Below are positions 27,838-37,084 of a stretch of 64,000 bases of DNA, piece by piece (the first letter of the stretch is position 1; every line of letters begins with the position of its first letter). This stretch comes from an uncultured Acidimicrobiaceae bacterium (GTDB lineage: Bacteria; Actinomycetota; Acidimicrobiia; Acidimicrobiales; RAAP-2): positions 2,687,198 through 2,751,197 of the forward strand of contig CAWHEF010000002.1 of assembly GCA_963828385.1 (NCBI GenBank), in the 5' to 3' direction. A model generated the notes under the pieces. That model was not told the DNA's origin. It made no database searches and saw nothing but the letters and a program-made list of their open reading frames with translations. The position numbers were made by a program, and so were the translations under genes.

Positions 27838-30525
27838 TCAGGTCACCTGCACGACGGCCACGACGTCCGGCAACGGCTGGCGGCCGCCGCCGGTGAGGTC
27901 GAAGGTCACGAGGTCTTGCCCCGGCGTCGTGCCCGGGGCGGCCGTCACCGACACCGGGACGGTGACCGTCAGACCCGCCGGGACGGCCACGGTGCCGCCG
28001 AGCGAGCTCACGGTCAGGCCCGAACCCGCAGGGGCCGACGCCTGCCATCGCACCCGCTCCGGGTGACCGGCGGTGTTCCGCACGCCGAGCGCCATGGTCG
28101 TGGTCGAGCCGGGAGCCACGGTGCTCAGCCCGTCGCCGTTGGTGTCGGCCACGAAGCCGAGCGCCGGATACAGCCCGACGGTCGACGACGGAGGTGCGGC
28201 ATCGGCCGACGATGCCCAGGCGGTGTCCGGGGTCGTCCCGAGCGCCCAGCTCAGCGTGCCCCCGCGGGAGAACAGCGACGCCGGCAGGTAGGCCCGGTCC
28301 CACGGTGTGCCGTCGACCGAGAGCGCCTGCACGTAGGGCGCGTCGTCGGCCGCCGTCGGGGCGTTCTCCGTGATCGTCTTCCCGTTGCCGAGGTGGATGG
28401 TCACCGAGCTGAACATGGCGCTGCCGAGGTCGACATCGGCAGATCCCGGCGTCTCGGGGTACATCCCGAGAGCCGACCACACGAACCACGAGCTCAATGC
28501 CCCGAGATCGTCGTTGCCCGGTAGCCCCGACGGTGTGTCGGAGAAGAGGGCGTCCTCCACCTGCCGGACGACGCTCTCCGTCTTCCACGGCGCGCCGGCG
28601 CTGTCGAACTCCCAGGGGATGTCGAAGGAGGGCTCGTTCCCCATCTGGATGAGGGTGGGGGTCATGGCCGACACGTTCGACGTGACCTGGTCGAGATAGG
28701 CGAGCCATGCGGCGTCACCGCCCTCGGCGGAGATGAGCCCCCGGAGATCGAAGGGGATCATCGCCGTGTACACGTAGGCGTCGGCCTCGGCGAACCCGTT
28801 CGTCGATGTCGGGTCGAACCCGGGTACGAACGCGCCGTCGGCGTCCTTGGGCTGGACGAATCCGGTGGCGGGATCGAACACGCTCTGCCAGTTCTGGGCG
28901 CGGGCGGCATACGTATCGGCCACATCGCTCAGTCCGAGCGAGTGTGCGAGCTCGGCGATGGAGTTGTCGGCGACGTCGTACTCCTCCTGCGTACTCACGG
29001 GAGCGTAGAAGTTGCAGCACCCGTAGGTCCCGTCAATGGGGAGGTACCCGTCCTCCAGATCCTGGGCGAGCCCGGGCCGGATCCGGTTGGGGACCGTCGC
29101 TTCGGTCTCCATGTCGGCCAAGGCCTGACCGGCATCGAAGCCTCTCGCCCCGAAGGCGTAGGCGTCGGCGATGATGCCGTCGGCCGGGTCCCCCGCCATG
29201 ATGTAGGACTCGCTGTCGTCGAGGGACCATTTCGGAAGCTGCCCGCTCTGGGCGAAGTCCTGGAGCATGGACGTCACCATGTCGCTCGCCGCTCCGGGGA
29301 AGAGCATGGACTGGAGCTGGATCGTGTCCCGGTAGACGTCCCACCCGGAGAAGTCGTCGTAGTGACCGTGCTGTCCCGGCGCCAGCTGGTGGACCTGGCC
29401 GTCGAAGCCGCGGTACTCGCCGTTGACATCGCTCAACGACTCGGGGAAGAGGAGCGAGTGGTAGAGGGCGGTATAGAACTCTTGGCGGGTGCTCTCGGTG
29501 CCGCCGGTGACCTGCACCCGTCCCAATGCCGCGTTCCAGGCCTTTTTGGCGGCGTCCCGTACCCGGTCGGGCTGCCAGCCGGGATCTTCGGTGGCGCGGT
29601 TCACCACGGCGTCGGCCGTGCTCACGTACGACAGGCCGACCTTGGCCTTGATCGTCGGATGGGCGGCGGTGTCGAAGGTGAGGTAGTCGCCCGCCAGATC
29701 GTTCGTCCAGCTGCCGGCGGACGCGAAAGGGTGGTCGAAGACCATGTCGAAATAGAGGGTGTAGCTGTTGGAGGGGAACGTGTTGCCGGCGTTGGTGCCG
29801 CCGCAGAACTGGCCGGTCGTGACCTGGCCTTGGACCTCCTCGTCGTTCACGACTCGGAAGTGGGCGTCGGTCACGGCCGTCTCGCTGTCGAACAGCTTGA
29901 AGAGCAGATTGCCGGTGGCAGCGCCGGCCGGGAAGCGGAACTCGGCCAGCCCCGAGTGGGCGGTGACCGTGAGCCGGGTCTCCACGCCGCCCGCCGTCAG
30001 CTGGTAGTAGCCGGGGGACGCCCGCTCGTCGCTGTGACTGAAAGGCTCGTTGGTGGCCGTCGGGTCGTCACCGACGGGACCGACCGTGGGGAGGATAGGA
30101 ACGTCGCCCTCGACGGAGCACCCCGTGCCCGAGAGGTGGGTGAGGCTGTAGCCGACGAGCGAGCTCTCGGCATAGAGGTAGCCGTCGGTGAGCGTCCGGG
30201 TGGGCGTGTCCGGGCTCCATTGGACCATGCCGAAGGGCACGTCAGCGCCGGGGAAGGTGCTGCCGAGCTGGATCGTGCCCGGGACGAGGTCCGTGCCGAT
30301 GAACGGGTTGACCAGTGACGCCGGGTCTGCGACCGGGGTGGCCGCCGACGGGCCGGCCTCCGGCACGGCGCCGGTCGGAGGCGCCGCCACGAACAGCCCC
30401 GCCCCGACCACCATGGCGGCCACCAGGACTGCGGCACCGGTGCGCCGGGACCGGTGCGCCAGGCTGGCTGCCCGCGCCATCGCAGCCGGGTGGGCGGTAG
30501 CCGTTGCCTTCGGTGGCGGGGGCAT
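27838..30525 (-). CDS. Glycoside hydrolase family 92 (alpha-mannosidase), secreted
   Basis: GH92 N-terminal blocks NPFIGTD and GSTFPGADVPFGMVQWSPDT, YYQLTAGGVETRLTVTAHSGLAEFRFP, plus a long catalytic region. RR-containing signal (HRSRRTGAAVLVAAMVVGAGL). Confidence 0.85.
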   Translation of the reverse strand: MPPPPKATATAHPAAMARAASLAHRSRRTGAAVLVAAMVVGAGLFVAAPPTGAVPEAGPSAATPVADPASLVNPFIGTDLVPGTIQLGSTFPGADVPFGMVQWSPDTPTRTLTDGYLYAESSLVGYSLTHLSGTGCSVEGDVPILPTVGPVGDDPTATNEPFSHSDERASPGYYQLTAGGVETRLTVTAHSGLAEFRFPAGAATGNLLFKLFDSETAVTDAHFRVVNDEEVQGQVTTGQFCGGTNAGNTFPSNSYTLYFDMVFDHPFASAGSWTNDLAGDYLTFDTAAHPTIKAKVGLSYVSTADAVVNRATEDPGWQPDRVRDAAKKAWNAALGRVQVTGGTESTRQEFYTALYHSLLFPESLSDVNGEYRGFDGQVHQLAPGQHGHYDDFSGWDVYRDTIQLQSMLFPGAASDMVTSMLQDFAQSGQLPKWSLDDSESYIMAGDPADGIIADAYAFGARGFDAGQALADMETEATVPNRIRPGLAQDLEDGYLPIDGTYGCCNFYAPVSTQEEYDVADNSIAELAHSLGLSDVADTYAARAQNWQSVFDPATGFVQPKDADGAFVPGFDPTSTNGFAEADAYVYTAMIPFDLRGLISAEGGDAAWLAYLDQVTSNVSAMTPTLIQMGNEPSFDIPWEFDSAGAPWKTESVVRQVEDALFSDTPSGLPGNDDLGALSSWFVWSALGMYPETPGSADVDLGSAMFSSVTIHLGNGKTITENAPTAADDAPYVQALSVDGTPWDRAYLPASLFSRGGTLSWALGTTPDTAWASSADAAPPSSTVGLYPALGFVADTNGDGLSTVAPGSTTTMALGVRNTAGHPERVRWQASAPAGSGLTVSSLGGTVAVPAGLTVTVPVSVTAAPGTTPGQDLVTFDLTGGGRQPLPDVVAVVQVT

Positions 30526-30627
30526 CGGGGAGGCACCCTACCCCGCTGTCACGAACCGGGCCCGGGCCGGGCCCTGACTCGGTGCAGGTCGGGCTTGCCC
30601 TCCGTGCCAGGTCGGGCGGCCGAGGGT

Positions 30628-32661
30628 TCAGCCGGCGCGGCGGTTGCGGTTGCGCATGGCCGTCTTGTGGGCGAGGAAGTCGACCAGGACGTAGTCGCCG
30701 AGCTCGTCGGGCGACGTGGTGAACGTCCGGCCGCGATTGATCCGCGCCAGCTGCTCGATGAACCCCTGCAGGCCGCGATCGGGATCGAGGAGGAAGGTGT
30801 TGATGGTGATTCCGGCCCGGGTGCACCGCAAGACCTCGGCCAGGGTCACCTCGAGGGTCTCGGGCACCGGTGGATAGTTGAAGAAGACGTCGTACCCGAC
30901 GCCATGGGCGTCGGGGATGACATGGGCGGTGGGCTCGCCGTCGGTCACCAGGATGACCTGCTTGGTCCCCTGTTGGTGGGCGAGCATCTTTCTGGCCAGG
31001 ATGAGCCCGTGCTGGAGATTGGTCCCGTAGACGTAGTCCCAGCTGACTGTGGGCAGATCCTCGGGCTCGATGGTGCGTGCCACCTCGGAGAAGCCGACCA
31101 GCCCGAGATAGTCACGGGGGAAGCGGGACGCGATGAGGGTGTGCAGGGCGAGCGCCATCTTCTTGGCCGGGACGAAGTTGTCACGCATGGGCATGGACAA
31201 CGAGAGGTCGAGCAACAGCACGGTCGCCGAGCGGGAGAGCGCCTCGGTCTCGATCACCTCGAAGTCGTCGGGGGTCAAGCGGACGGGAAGACCGGTGCCG
31301 GACCGACGGACGGCATTGTGGACCGTGCGCGACAGGTCGAGGTTGAACGGGTCGCCGAACTCGTAGGCCTTGGTCGTCTCCTCGCGGTCGTGCCCGGTCC
31401 CGGTCCAGGTCGTCCGGTGCGTGCCGACCCGATCCTTCTCCAGCTGGTCGAAGAGATCGCTCAACGCTTGTTGCCCGATGCGCCGGATCCCCTTGGGCGT
31501 CAGCTCGAACCGCCCCTCGCGCTGGTCGACGAGCCCGGCGTCGGACAGCTGCTTGGCCAGGCTGGCGAGGCGCTCGAGCGAGTCCGCGGCGTCGTCTCCT
31601 AGGTGGCGGCGGACCTTGTCCATGTCCACCTCGGATAGCGAGGCCGGTGAGTTGGCCGCCCGCAGGAACTCCTCGAGCTCGTCCAGGTCCCGCAGCCTGG
31701 CGGCGGCGTCGGCACCCTCGGACATGCTCAGGGGCTCGTCCCCGCCGAAGCGGTACCGCTGGTCCCAGCCGGCCCCGGGGAGCGCCTTTTGCAGGTTGGA
31801 CGCCAACCGGTCGACCTGCCAGCGCAGGTCGAGATCCTCCAGGAGCGACTGGGCCAGCCCTTGGAGCTGGGCCCGCTGCTCGGGCGACATCGAATTCCAC
31901 ATGGCCTGGGCGGCCGCCATCCCGGCGGCCAGCTGCTCGAGCAGCTCGTCGAGGTTGGACGGATTCTGCGGGAACAGGTCCCCGAAACGCTCCATGAACG
32001 ACTCGAACGACGGGTCGATGGGCTCTCCGGCCTCGCGCTGCTCGAGCATGCGGTTCAGGGCGTCGAACGCCTCCCGCATGTGGGCGAGCTGTTCGGGATC
32101 GGGGTTGGCCAGCGCTTCGGACATCTGGTCGAAGTAGGTCTTGGCCACCTCCTGGCGGAGGCGCTCCATCAGCTCCTCGAAGTGCTCGCGGGCCTCGGAT
32201 GAGACGAACTCGTAGTGCTGGAGCTCGCGCACCGTCCCTGCCAGGTCGCTCGGCAGGAGGTCGAGTTGCATCCTCCGTTCGGTCGCCACCTCGTCGGTGA
32301 CCGAACGGCGCCGTTCGTCGCCCGACGAGGACGCCTCCTCCTCCAGGCGGTCGATGCCGGCCCGCTCCTCTGTCACCACCGACTCCAGCTCCTCGGCGAT
32401 CTCCCGGTAGGCCCCGCCCAGATCGCCGCGCTCGAGCTGCTCGGTGCGTTCCATCCTGATCTGGTCGAGCAGGTCGCGAAGGCCCTGGACCTGGTCGCCG
32501 TCGGGTGTCCGCCAGCCGCGGTTGAGCATCCGCTGGAGCGCTTCGTGGAGGTCGCCGTTGGCCAGGAGGTCGTCGGTCAGCTGGGCCAACACGGCGTCGG
32601 CGTCGTCGGCGGTCGACTCCTGGGTCCCGTCCCATTTGCGGTAGGTGTACCGCCAGGTCAT
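30628..32661 (-). CDS. von Willebrand factor A (VWA) domain protein
   Basis: C-terminal VWA with MIDAS DxSxS (LLLDLSLSM) and VILVTDGEPT. Long helical acidic N-region. 16 bp downstream of the AAA+ gene. Confidence 0.8.
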   Translation of the reverse strand: MTWRYTYRKWDGTQESTADDADAVLAQLTDDLLANGDLHEALQRMLNRGWRTPDGDQVQGLRDLLDQIRMERTEQLERGDLGGAYREIAEELESVVTEERAGIDRLEEEASSSGDERRRSVTDEVATERRMQLDLLPSDLAGTVRELQHYEFVSSEAREHFEELMERLRQEVAKTYFDQMSEALANPDPEQLAHMREAFDALNRMLEQREAGEPIDPSFESFMERFGDLFPQNPSNLDELLEQLAAGMAAAQAMWNSMSPEQRAQLQGLAQSLLEDLDLRWQVDRLASNLQKALPGAGWDQRYRFGGDEPLSMSEGADAAARLRDLDELEEFLRAANSPASLSEVDMDKVRRHLGDDAADSLERLASLAKQLSDAGLVDQREGRFELTPKGIRRIGQQALSDLFDQLEKDRVGTHRTTWTGTGHDREETTKAYEFGDPFNLDLSRTVHNAVRRSGTGLPVRLTPDDFEVIETEALSRSATVLLLDLSLSMPMRDNFVPAKKMALALHTLIASRFPRDYLGLVGFSEVARTIEPEDLPTVSWDYVYGTNLQHGLILARKMLAHQQGTKQVILVTDGEPTAHVIPDAHGVGYDVFFNYPPVPETLEVTLAEVLRCTRAGITINTFLLDPDRGLQGFIEQLARINRGRTFTTSPDELGDYVLVDFLAHKTAMRNRNRRAG

Positions 32662-32677
32662 CGGCTCTCCCGCACGT

Positions 32678-34186
32678 TCACCGGCGTCCCCGGTACACGG
32701 CCCTCGGCCCCGCTGCGTCCTTGTTCAGCCGTTTGGTCAGGTGCAGCCCTTCGAGGAGGAACTCGAGCGCGCTGGCCACCATCCCCGGATCCTCGGACCC
32801 GCCGGTCAGCGTCCCCACCGGAGCGGAGAGAGCAGGCAGCTGGGCGAGCGTGGCGGCATAGGACCCAGAGGGCAGGTCGTCACCGACGTGGACCACGGTG
32901 TCGGCGTCGAAGGAGCCAACGACGGCCTGGGGGTCGGCCAGCTGTACCCGGCGCCGGTAGACGAGGAGCACCGCCGCCGCCACCAGCTGGTTCATCAGCG
33001 CCTCCTCGCGCCCTTCCTCGAGCGACTCGACTTCGACCTTCCCCTGGGTGGAGGACACGAGGGCGGACAGGTCCGACACCCGGGGAACGGCTTCTGACTC
33101 ATCGTTGCGCAGAGCCCGCCGGGTGGCGTTGGCTACCAGGGTTTCGTAGTTGGCGATGGTCAGCCGCACCGATACGCCCGAACGCTGGTTCAGATGGGGG
33201 CTCTCCCTGGCCAGCTGGCTGAGCTCGGCCACCACCTCGGCCATGAAGTCGGGCACCTCGATGCGCGGCCTGCGGGAGCTCTCCCCTCCGGTCTCGGCGT
33301 CCGCTCCGACGGGCAGGTCGGCCTCGATCTCGGCGATGCGCAGCTCGGTAGCGGCGTCAGGCGGGTAGTGGGTGCGGATCTGGGCGCCGAACCTATCCTT
33401 CAGTGGGGTGATGATCCGGCCCCGGTTGGTGTAGTCCTCGGGGTTGGCGGTGGCCACGAGCATGATGTCGAGAGGGAGGCGCACCCGGTGGCCCCGGATC
33501 TGGACGTCACGCTCCTCCAGCACGTTGAGTAGGCCGACCTGGATCCGCTCGGCCAGGTCGGGGAGCTCGTTGACGGCGAAGATCCCGCGGTTGAGGCGAG
33601 GGACGAGCCCGTAGTGGATGGTGAGCTCGTCGGAGAGGTAGCGGCCCTCGGCCACCCGGATCGGATCGACCTCGCCGATGAGGTCGGCGATGGAGGTATC
33701 GGGCGTGGCCAGCTTCTCGCCGTAGCGATCGCTGCGGTGGACCCATCCGACGGGCAGGTCGTCGCCGGCCTCGGCGGCCAGGTCCCGGGCGAACCTGGAG
33801 ACCGGGTGGAAGGGGTCGTCATTGATCTCCGAATGGGCCACGATCGGGAGCCACTCGTCGAGCAGGGAGACCATCGACCGGATGATCCGCGTCTTGGCCT
33901 GACCCCGCTCCCCGAGAAGGATCACGTCATGGCCGGCCAGCATGGCGTTCTCCAGCTGCGGGAGCACGGTGTCCCCGAAGCCCAGCACGCCGGTCACGAG
34001 CGGCTCGCCCCTGGCGATGAGGGCGGCGGCGTTGCGCCGGATCTCCTCGGCCACCGGGACCGAGCGCCAGCCCGACTCGCGGAGGTGGCCGAGCGTGGTC
34101 ACGTCCGGCGGCGGGGTGAGCACCAGCGCGGGATCGAGGGCTCGGCGCGCGGCGTGAGGATCGTCGTGAGACGCCGGGGTGGTCAT
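32678..34186 (-). CDS. AAA+ ATPase of the Mg-chelatase (ChlI/BchI)/MoxR-like type
   Basis: Walker A-like LLGERGQAKT and Walker B-like IFAVNELPDL. LNVLEERDVQIRGHRVRLPLDIMLVATANPEDY and TPLKDRFG are typical of ChlI-like ATPases. Confidence 0.8.
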   Translation of the reverse strand: MTTPASHDDPHAARRALDPALVLTPPPDVTTLGHLRESGWRSVPVAEEIRRNAAALIARGEPLVTGVLGFGDTVLPQLENAMLAGHDVILLGERGQAKTRIIRSMVSLLDEWLPIVAHSEINDDPFHPVSRFARDLAAEAGDDLPVGWVHRSDRYGEKLATPDTSIADLIGEVDPIRVAEGRYLSDELTIHYGLVPRLNRGIFAVNELPDLAERIQVGLLNVLEERDVQIRGHRVRLPLDIMLVATANPEDYTNRGRIITPLKDRFGAQIRTHYPPDAATELRIAEIEADLPVGADAETGGESSRRPRIEVPDFMAEVVAELSQLARESPHLNQRSGVSVRLTIANYETLVANATRRALRNDESEAVPRVSDLSALVSSTQGKVEVESLEEGREEALMNQLVAAAVLLVYRRRVQLADPQAVVGSFDADTVVHVGDDLPSGSYAATLAQLPALSAPVGTLTGGSEDPGMVASALEFLLEGLHLTKRLNKDAAGPRAVYRGRR

Positions 34187-34408
34187 GGCCCGAGCCTACG
34201 CGTCCGGTCCCCGTCTCTGTTCGGCGGCCGGCGCCCCGTTTCGCAACCTGGTCCCCGTGGTGGAACAATGTGCCCGTTCAGCGATGCCGGGCCCTTCCCC
34301 GCCGCGCCAGGAACCAACCCGGTCCCTGTACCGGACGGCCGCCGGAGGCGGGGTGGGCCGGGGACACGGGCCGGGCGACCCGGGCCAGATGGATGAGGGA
34401 GAGACAAC

Positions 34409-35233
34409 TTGACGACGTTGGAAGAGGCCACGGTCACCCCGGTCGTCCTGGGCGGGGCCCGGGGCGGCCCAGAGACACGGACGCTCCGCCGTGATCGCTA
34501 CTGGGTCCAACCGCTCGTCACCGTGACCGTCCTGACGCTCTTCGTCGGTTACGCCAGCTGGGCGGCGTTCGTGAACCAGAACTACTACGCCGGCGCCGAC
34601 CTCCACCGCGACCTGATCTCGCCGTTCTACTCCCCGTGCCTCACCCAGAGCTGCGTCCCGGGCAGCCACCCGAGCGCCGTCATCACGTGGTGGACGATCT
34701 CCCCTGCCCTGTTGATCCTGATCGTTCCGCTCGGTTTCCGTATCACCTGCTACTACTACCGGAAGGCCTACTACCGGTCGTTCTGGCAGGCCCCGACCGC
34801 CTGTTCGGTCTCCGACGCCCATGGTGCGTACACGGGCGAGTCCCGCTTGCCCCTCATCCTCCAGAACGTCCACCGGTACTTCTTCTACCTGGGCATCATC
34901 CTGAACGTCATCCTCTCGATCGACGCCGTGGTGGCCTTCCGTCAACCGGGGGTCGGCATCGGGTTCAGCGTGGGCACGGCCGTGCTCATCGTGAACGCCG
35001 TCCTCTTGTGGCTGTACTCGATCAGCTGCCATGCCTGCCGGCACCTGTGCGGCGGCGGGGTCAAGCAGTTCTCGAAGGCTCCCATCCGTCACCGGATCTG
35101 GCGAACGCTCACTCCGCTCAACGCCCGGCACATGCTCTTCGCCTGGATGAGCCTCGTGTTCGTGGCCTTGACCGACCTGTATGTCCGGCTGGTGGCGAGC
35201 GGGACAATCCACGACTACGGGTTCCACTTCTAA
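34409..35233 (+). CDS. Succinate dehydrogenase/fumarate reductase membrane anchor (Sdh2-type)
   Basis: TTG at 34409 follows GAGGGAGAG. Five or more TM helices with conserved His/Cys (SCHACRHLCGG). Directly precedes the flavoprotein gene. Confidence 0.7.
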   Translation: MTTLEEATVTPVVLGGARGGPETRTLRRDRYWVQPLVTVTVLTLFVGYASWAAFVNQNYYAGADLHRDLISPFYSPCLTQSCVPGSHPSAVITWWTISPALLILIVPLGFRITCYYYRKAYYRSFWQAPTACSVSDAHGAYTGESRLPLILQNVHRYFFYLGIILNVILSIDAVVAFRQPGVGIGFSVGTAVLIVNAVLLWLYSISCHACRHLCGGGVKQFSKAPIRHRIWRTLTPLNARHMLFAWMSLVFVALTDLYVRLVASGTIHDYGFHF

Positions 35234-35236
35234 GGG

Positions 35237-37084
35237 GTGCCGGGCATGCCTGAGTACGAGTCCCACGACTACGACGTCATCATCGTCGGCGCCGGCGGCG
35301 CCGGCATGCGGGCAGCCATCGAGGCGCGGTCGCGTGGGTTGCGCACGGCCCTCGTCTGCAAGTCCCTTTTGGGCAAGGCACACACCGTGATGGCCGAGGG
35401 CGGAGTGGCTGCCGCCCTCGGAAACGTCTATCCCGAGGACAACTGGCAGGTCCACTTCCGCGACACCATGCGCGGCGGCAAGATGATGAACAACTGGCGG
35501 ATGGCCCAGCTCCATGCCGAGGAGGCGCCCGACCGGGTCCGGGAGCTCGAGGAGTGGGGTGCGCTGTTCGACAGGACGAGGGACGGTCTGATGCTCCAGC
35601 GCGACTTCGGCGGACACCGCTACGCCCGCCTGGCCCACGTCGGGGACCGCACCGGACTCGAGATCATCCGCACCCTCCAGCAGAAGGCGGTGGCCGACGG
35701 CATCGACGTGTTCATGGAGGTGAAGGCGCTCCGCCTCCTGCGCGACGCGGAGGGCGTCGTCTCGGGCCTCGTCGGCTACTGGCGGCCGTCGGGGGAATTC
35801 GTCGTGTTCCGGGCAAAGGCCGTCGTGTTGGCCACCGGCGGCGTGGGCAAGAGCTGGCTCGTCACCTCGAACTCGTGGGAGTCGACCGGCGACGGCCACG
35901 CCATGGCCCTGTGGGCGGGTGCCGACCTGATCGACATGGAGTGCGTGCAGTTCCATCCCACCGGGATGGTGTGGCCGCTCTCCGTGCGGGGCATCCTCGT
36001 CACGGAGGGTGTCCGGGGCGACGGCGGGGTCCTGCGGAACTCCGAGGGCGACCGGTTCATGTTCGACTACATCCCGGCGATGTTCGCCGACGAGACGGCC
36101 GACAGTGAGGCCGAGGCGGACAAGTGGTACGCCGACCATTCGGCCGGTCGGCGCCCGCCCGAGCTGCTTCCCCGCGACGAAGTGGCCAGGTCGATCAACA
36201 GCGAGGTGAAAGCGAACAGGGGCAGCCCCCACGGCGGCGTGTACCTGGACATCGCCTCGCGGCTCCCCGCCGAGGACATCCGGAGGCGCCTCCCGTCGAT
36301 GTACCACCAGTTCAAGGAGCTGGCCGGCGTCGACATCACCGCTGAGGCCATGGAGGTGGGGCCGACCTGCCACTACATCATGGGCGGGGTGCGTGTCGAT
36401 GCCGAGACGGCGGCGACCGCCGCCCCCGGCCTGTTCGCCGCCGGCGAGGTAGCCGGCGGTATGCACGGGTCGAACCGCCTGGGCGGCAACTCGCTCTCCG
36501 ATCTGCTCGTCTTCGGACGAAGGGCGGGCATCGGCGCCTCAGACTTCGCCACCGACCGCTTCGGGGACGTCGTGCTCGAGCGGGGCGAGATCGAAGCGGC
36601 CATCGACGAAGCGACGGCGCCGTTCCACCGGGAGACGGGTGAGAACCCCTACCAGGTCCACCACGACCTGCAGTCCATGATGCAGAGCCTGGTCGGAATC
36701 ATCCGCACCGGTTCCGAGCTCGAGGAGGCCATGGGCGAGCTCGAGGTCTTGGAAGACCGGGCAAAGAACATCTCTTTGTCCGGCGACCGCCGCTACAACC
36801 CGGGGTGGAACATGGTGACGGACCTGCCGTCCATGTTGAGCGTGTCCCGGTGCACGACCCTGGGTGCGATCAACCGCAAGGAGAGCAGGGGCGGCCACAC
36901 CCGCGACGACTATCCCAAGCCCGACCCCGAGATGGGCAAAGTCAACTTCGCGCAACGGATCGAGGCGACCGGGTCGCACGACGGCGTGTGCGGGACACCG
37001 TCCATCCGCACCATCACCGCCGCCGCCGAGCCGCTCCCGGTGATGCCGGACGATCTGCAGGAACTCTTCGAGGAGGCAACCTGA
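35237..37084 (+). CDS. sdhA: Succinate dehydrogenase/fumarate reductase flavoprotein subunit
   Basis: FAD motif DVIIVGAGGAGMRAA, SHTVMAEGG-type His site (KAHTVMAEGG), HPTG, and GGNSLSDLLVFGR. Confidence 0.92.
   Translation: MPGMPEYESHDYDVIIVGAGGAGMRAAIEARSRGLRTALVCKSLLGKAHTVMAEGGVAAALGNVYPEDNWQVHFRDTMRGGKMMNNWRMAQLHAEEAPDRVRELEEWGALFDRTRDGLMLQRDFGGHRYARLAHVGDRTGLEIIRTLQQKAVADGIDVFMEVKALRLLRDAEGVVSGLVGYWRPSGEFVVFRAKAVVLATGGVGKSWLVTSNSWESTGDGHAMALWAGADLIDMECVQFHPTGMVWPLSVRGILVTEGVRGDGGVLRNSEGDRFMFDYIPAMFADETADSEAEADKWYADHSAGRRPPELLPRDEVARSINSEVKANRGSPHGGVYLDIASRLPAEDIRRRLPSMYHQFKELAGVDITAEAMEVGPTCHYIMGGVRVDAETAATAAPGLFAAGEVAGGMHGSNRLGGNSLSDLLVFGRRAGIGASDFATDRFGDVVLERGEIEAAIDEATAPFHRETGENPYQVHHDLQSMMQSLVGIIRTGSELEEAMGELEVLEDRAKNISLSGDRRYNPGWNMVTDLPSMLSVSRCTTLGAINRKESRGGHTRDDYPKPDPEMGKVNFAQRIEATGSHDGVCGTPSIRTITAAAEPLPVMPDDLQELFEEAT

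Noticed and set aside
30558-30574. GGGCCCGGGCCGGGCCC palindrome between the VWA gene stop and the GH92 start, considered as a terminator
   Set aside because: The stem would have almost no loop and is not followed by a T/U tract on the minus strand. It may still attenuate transcription, but it cannot be called an intrinsic terminator from sequence alone.
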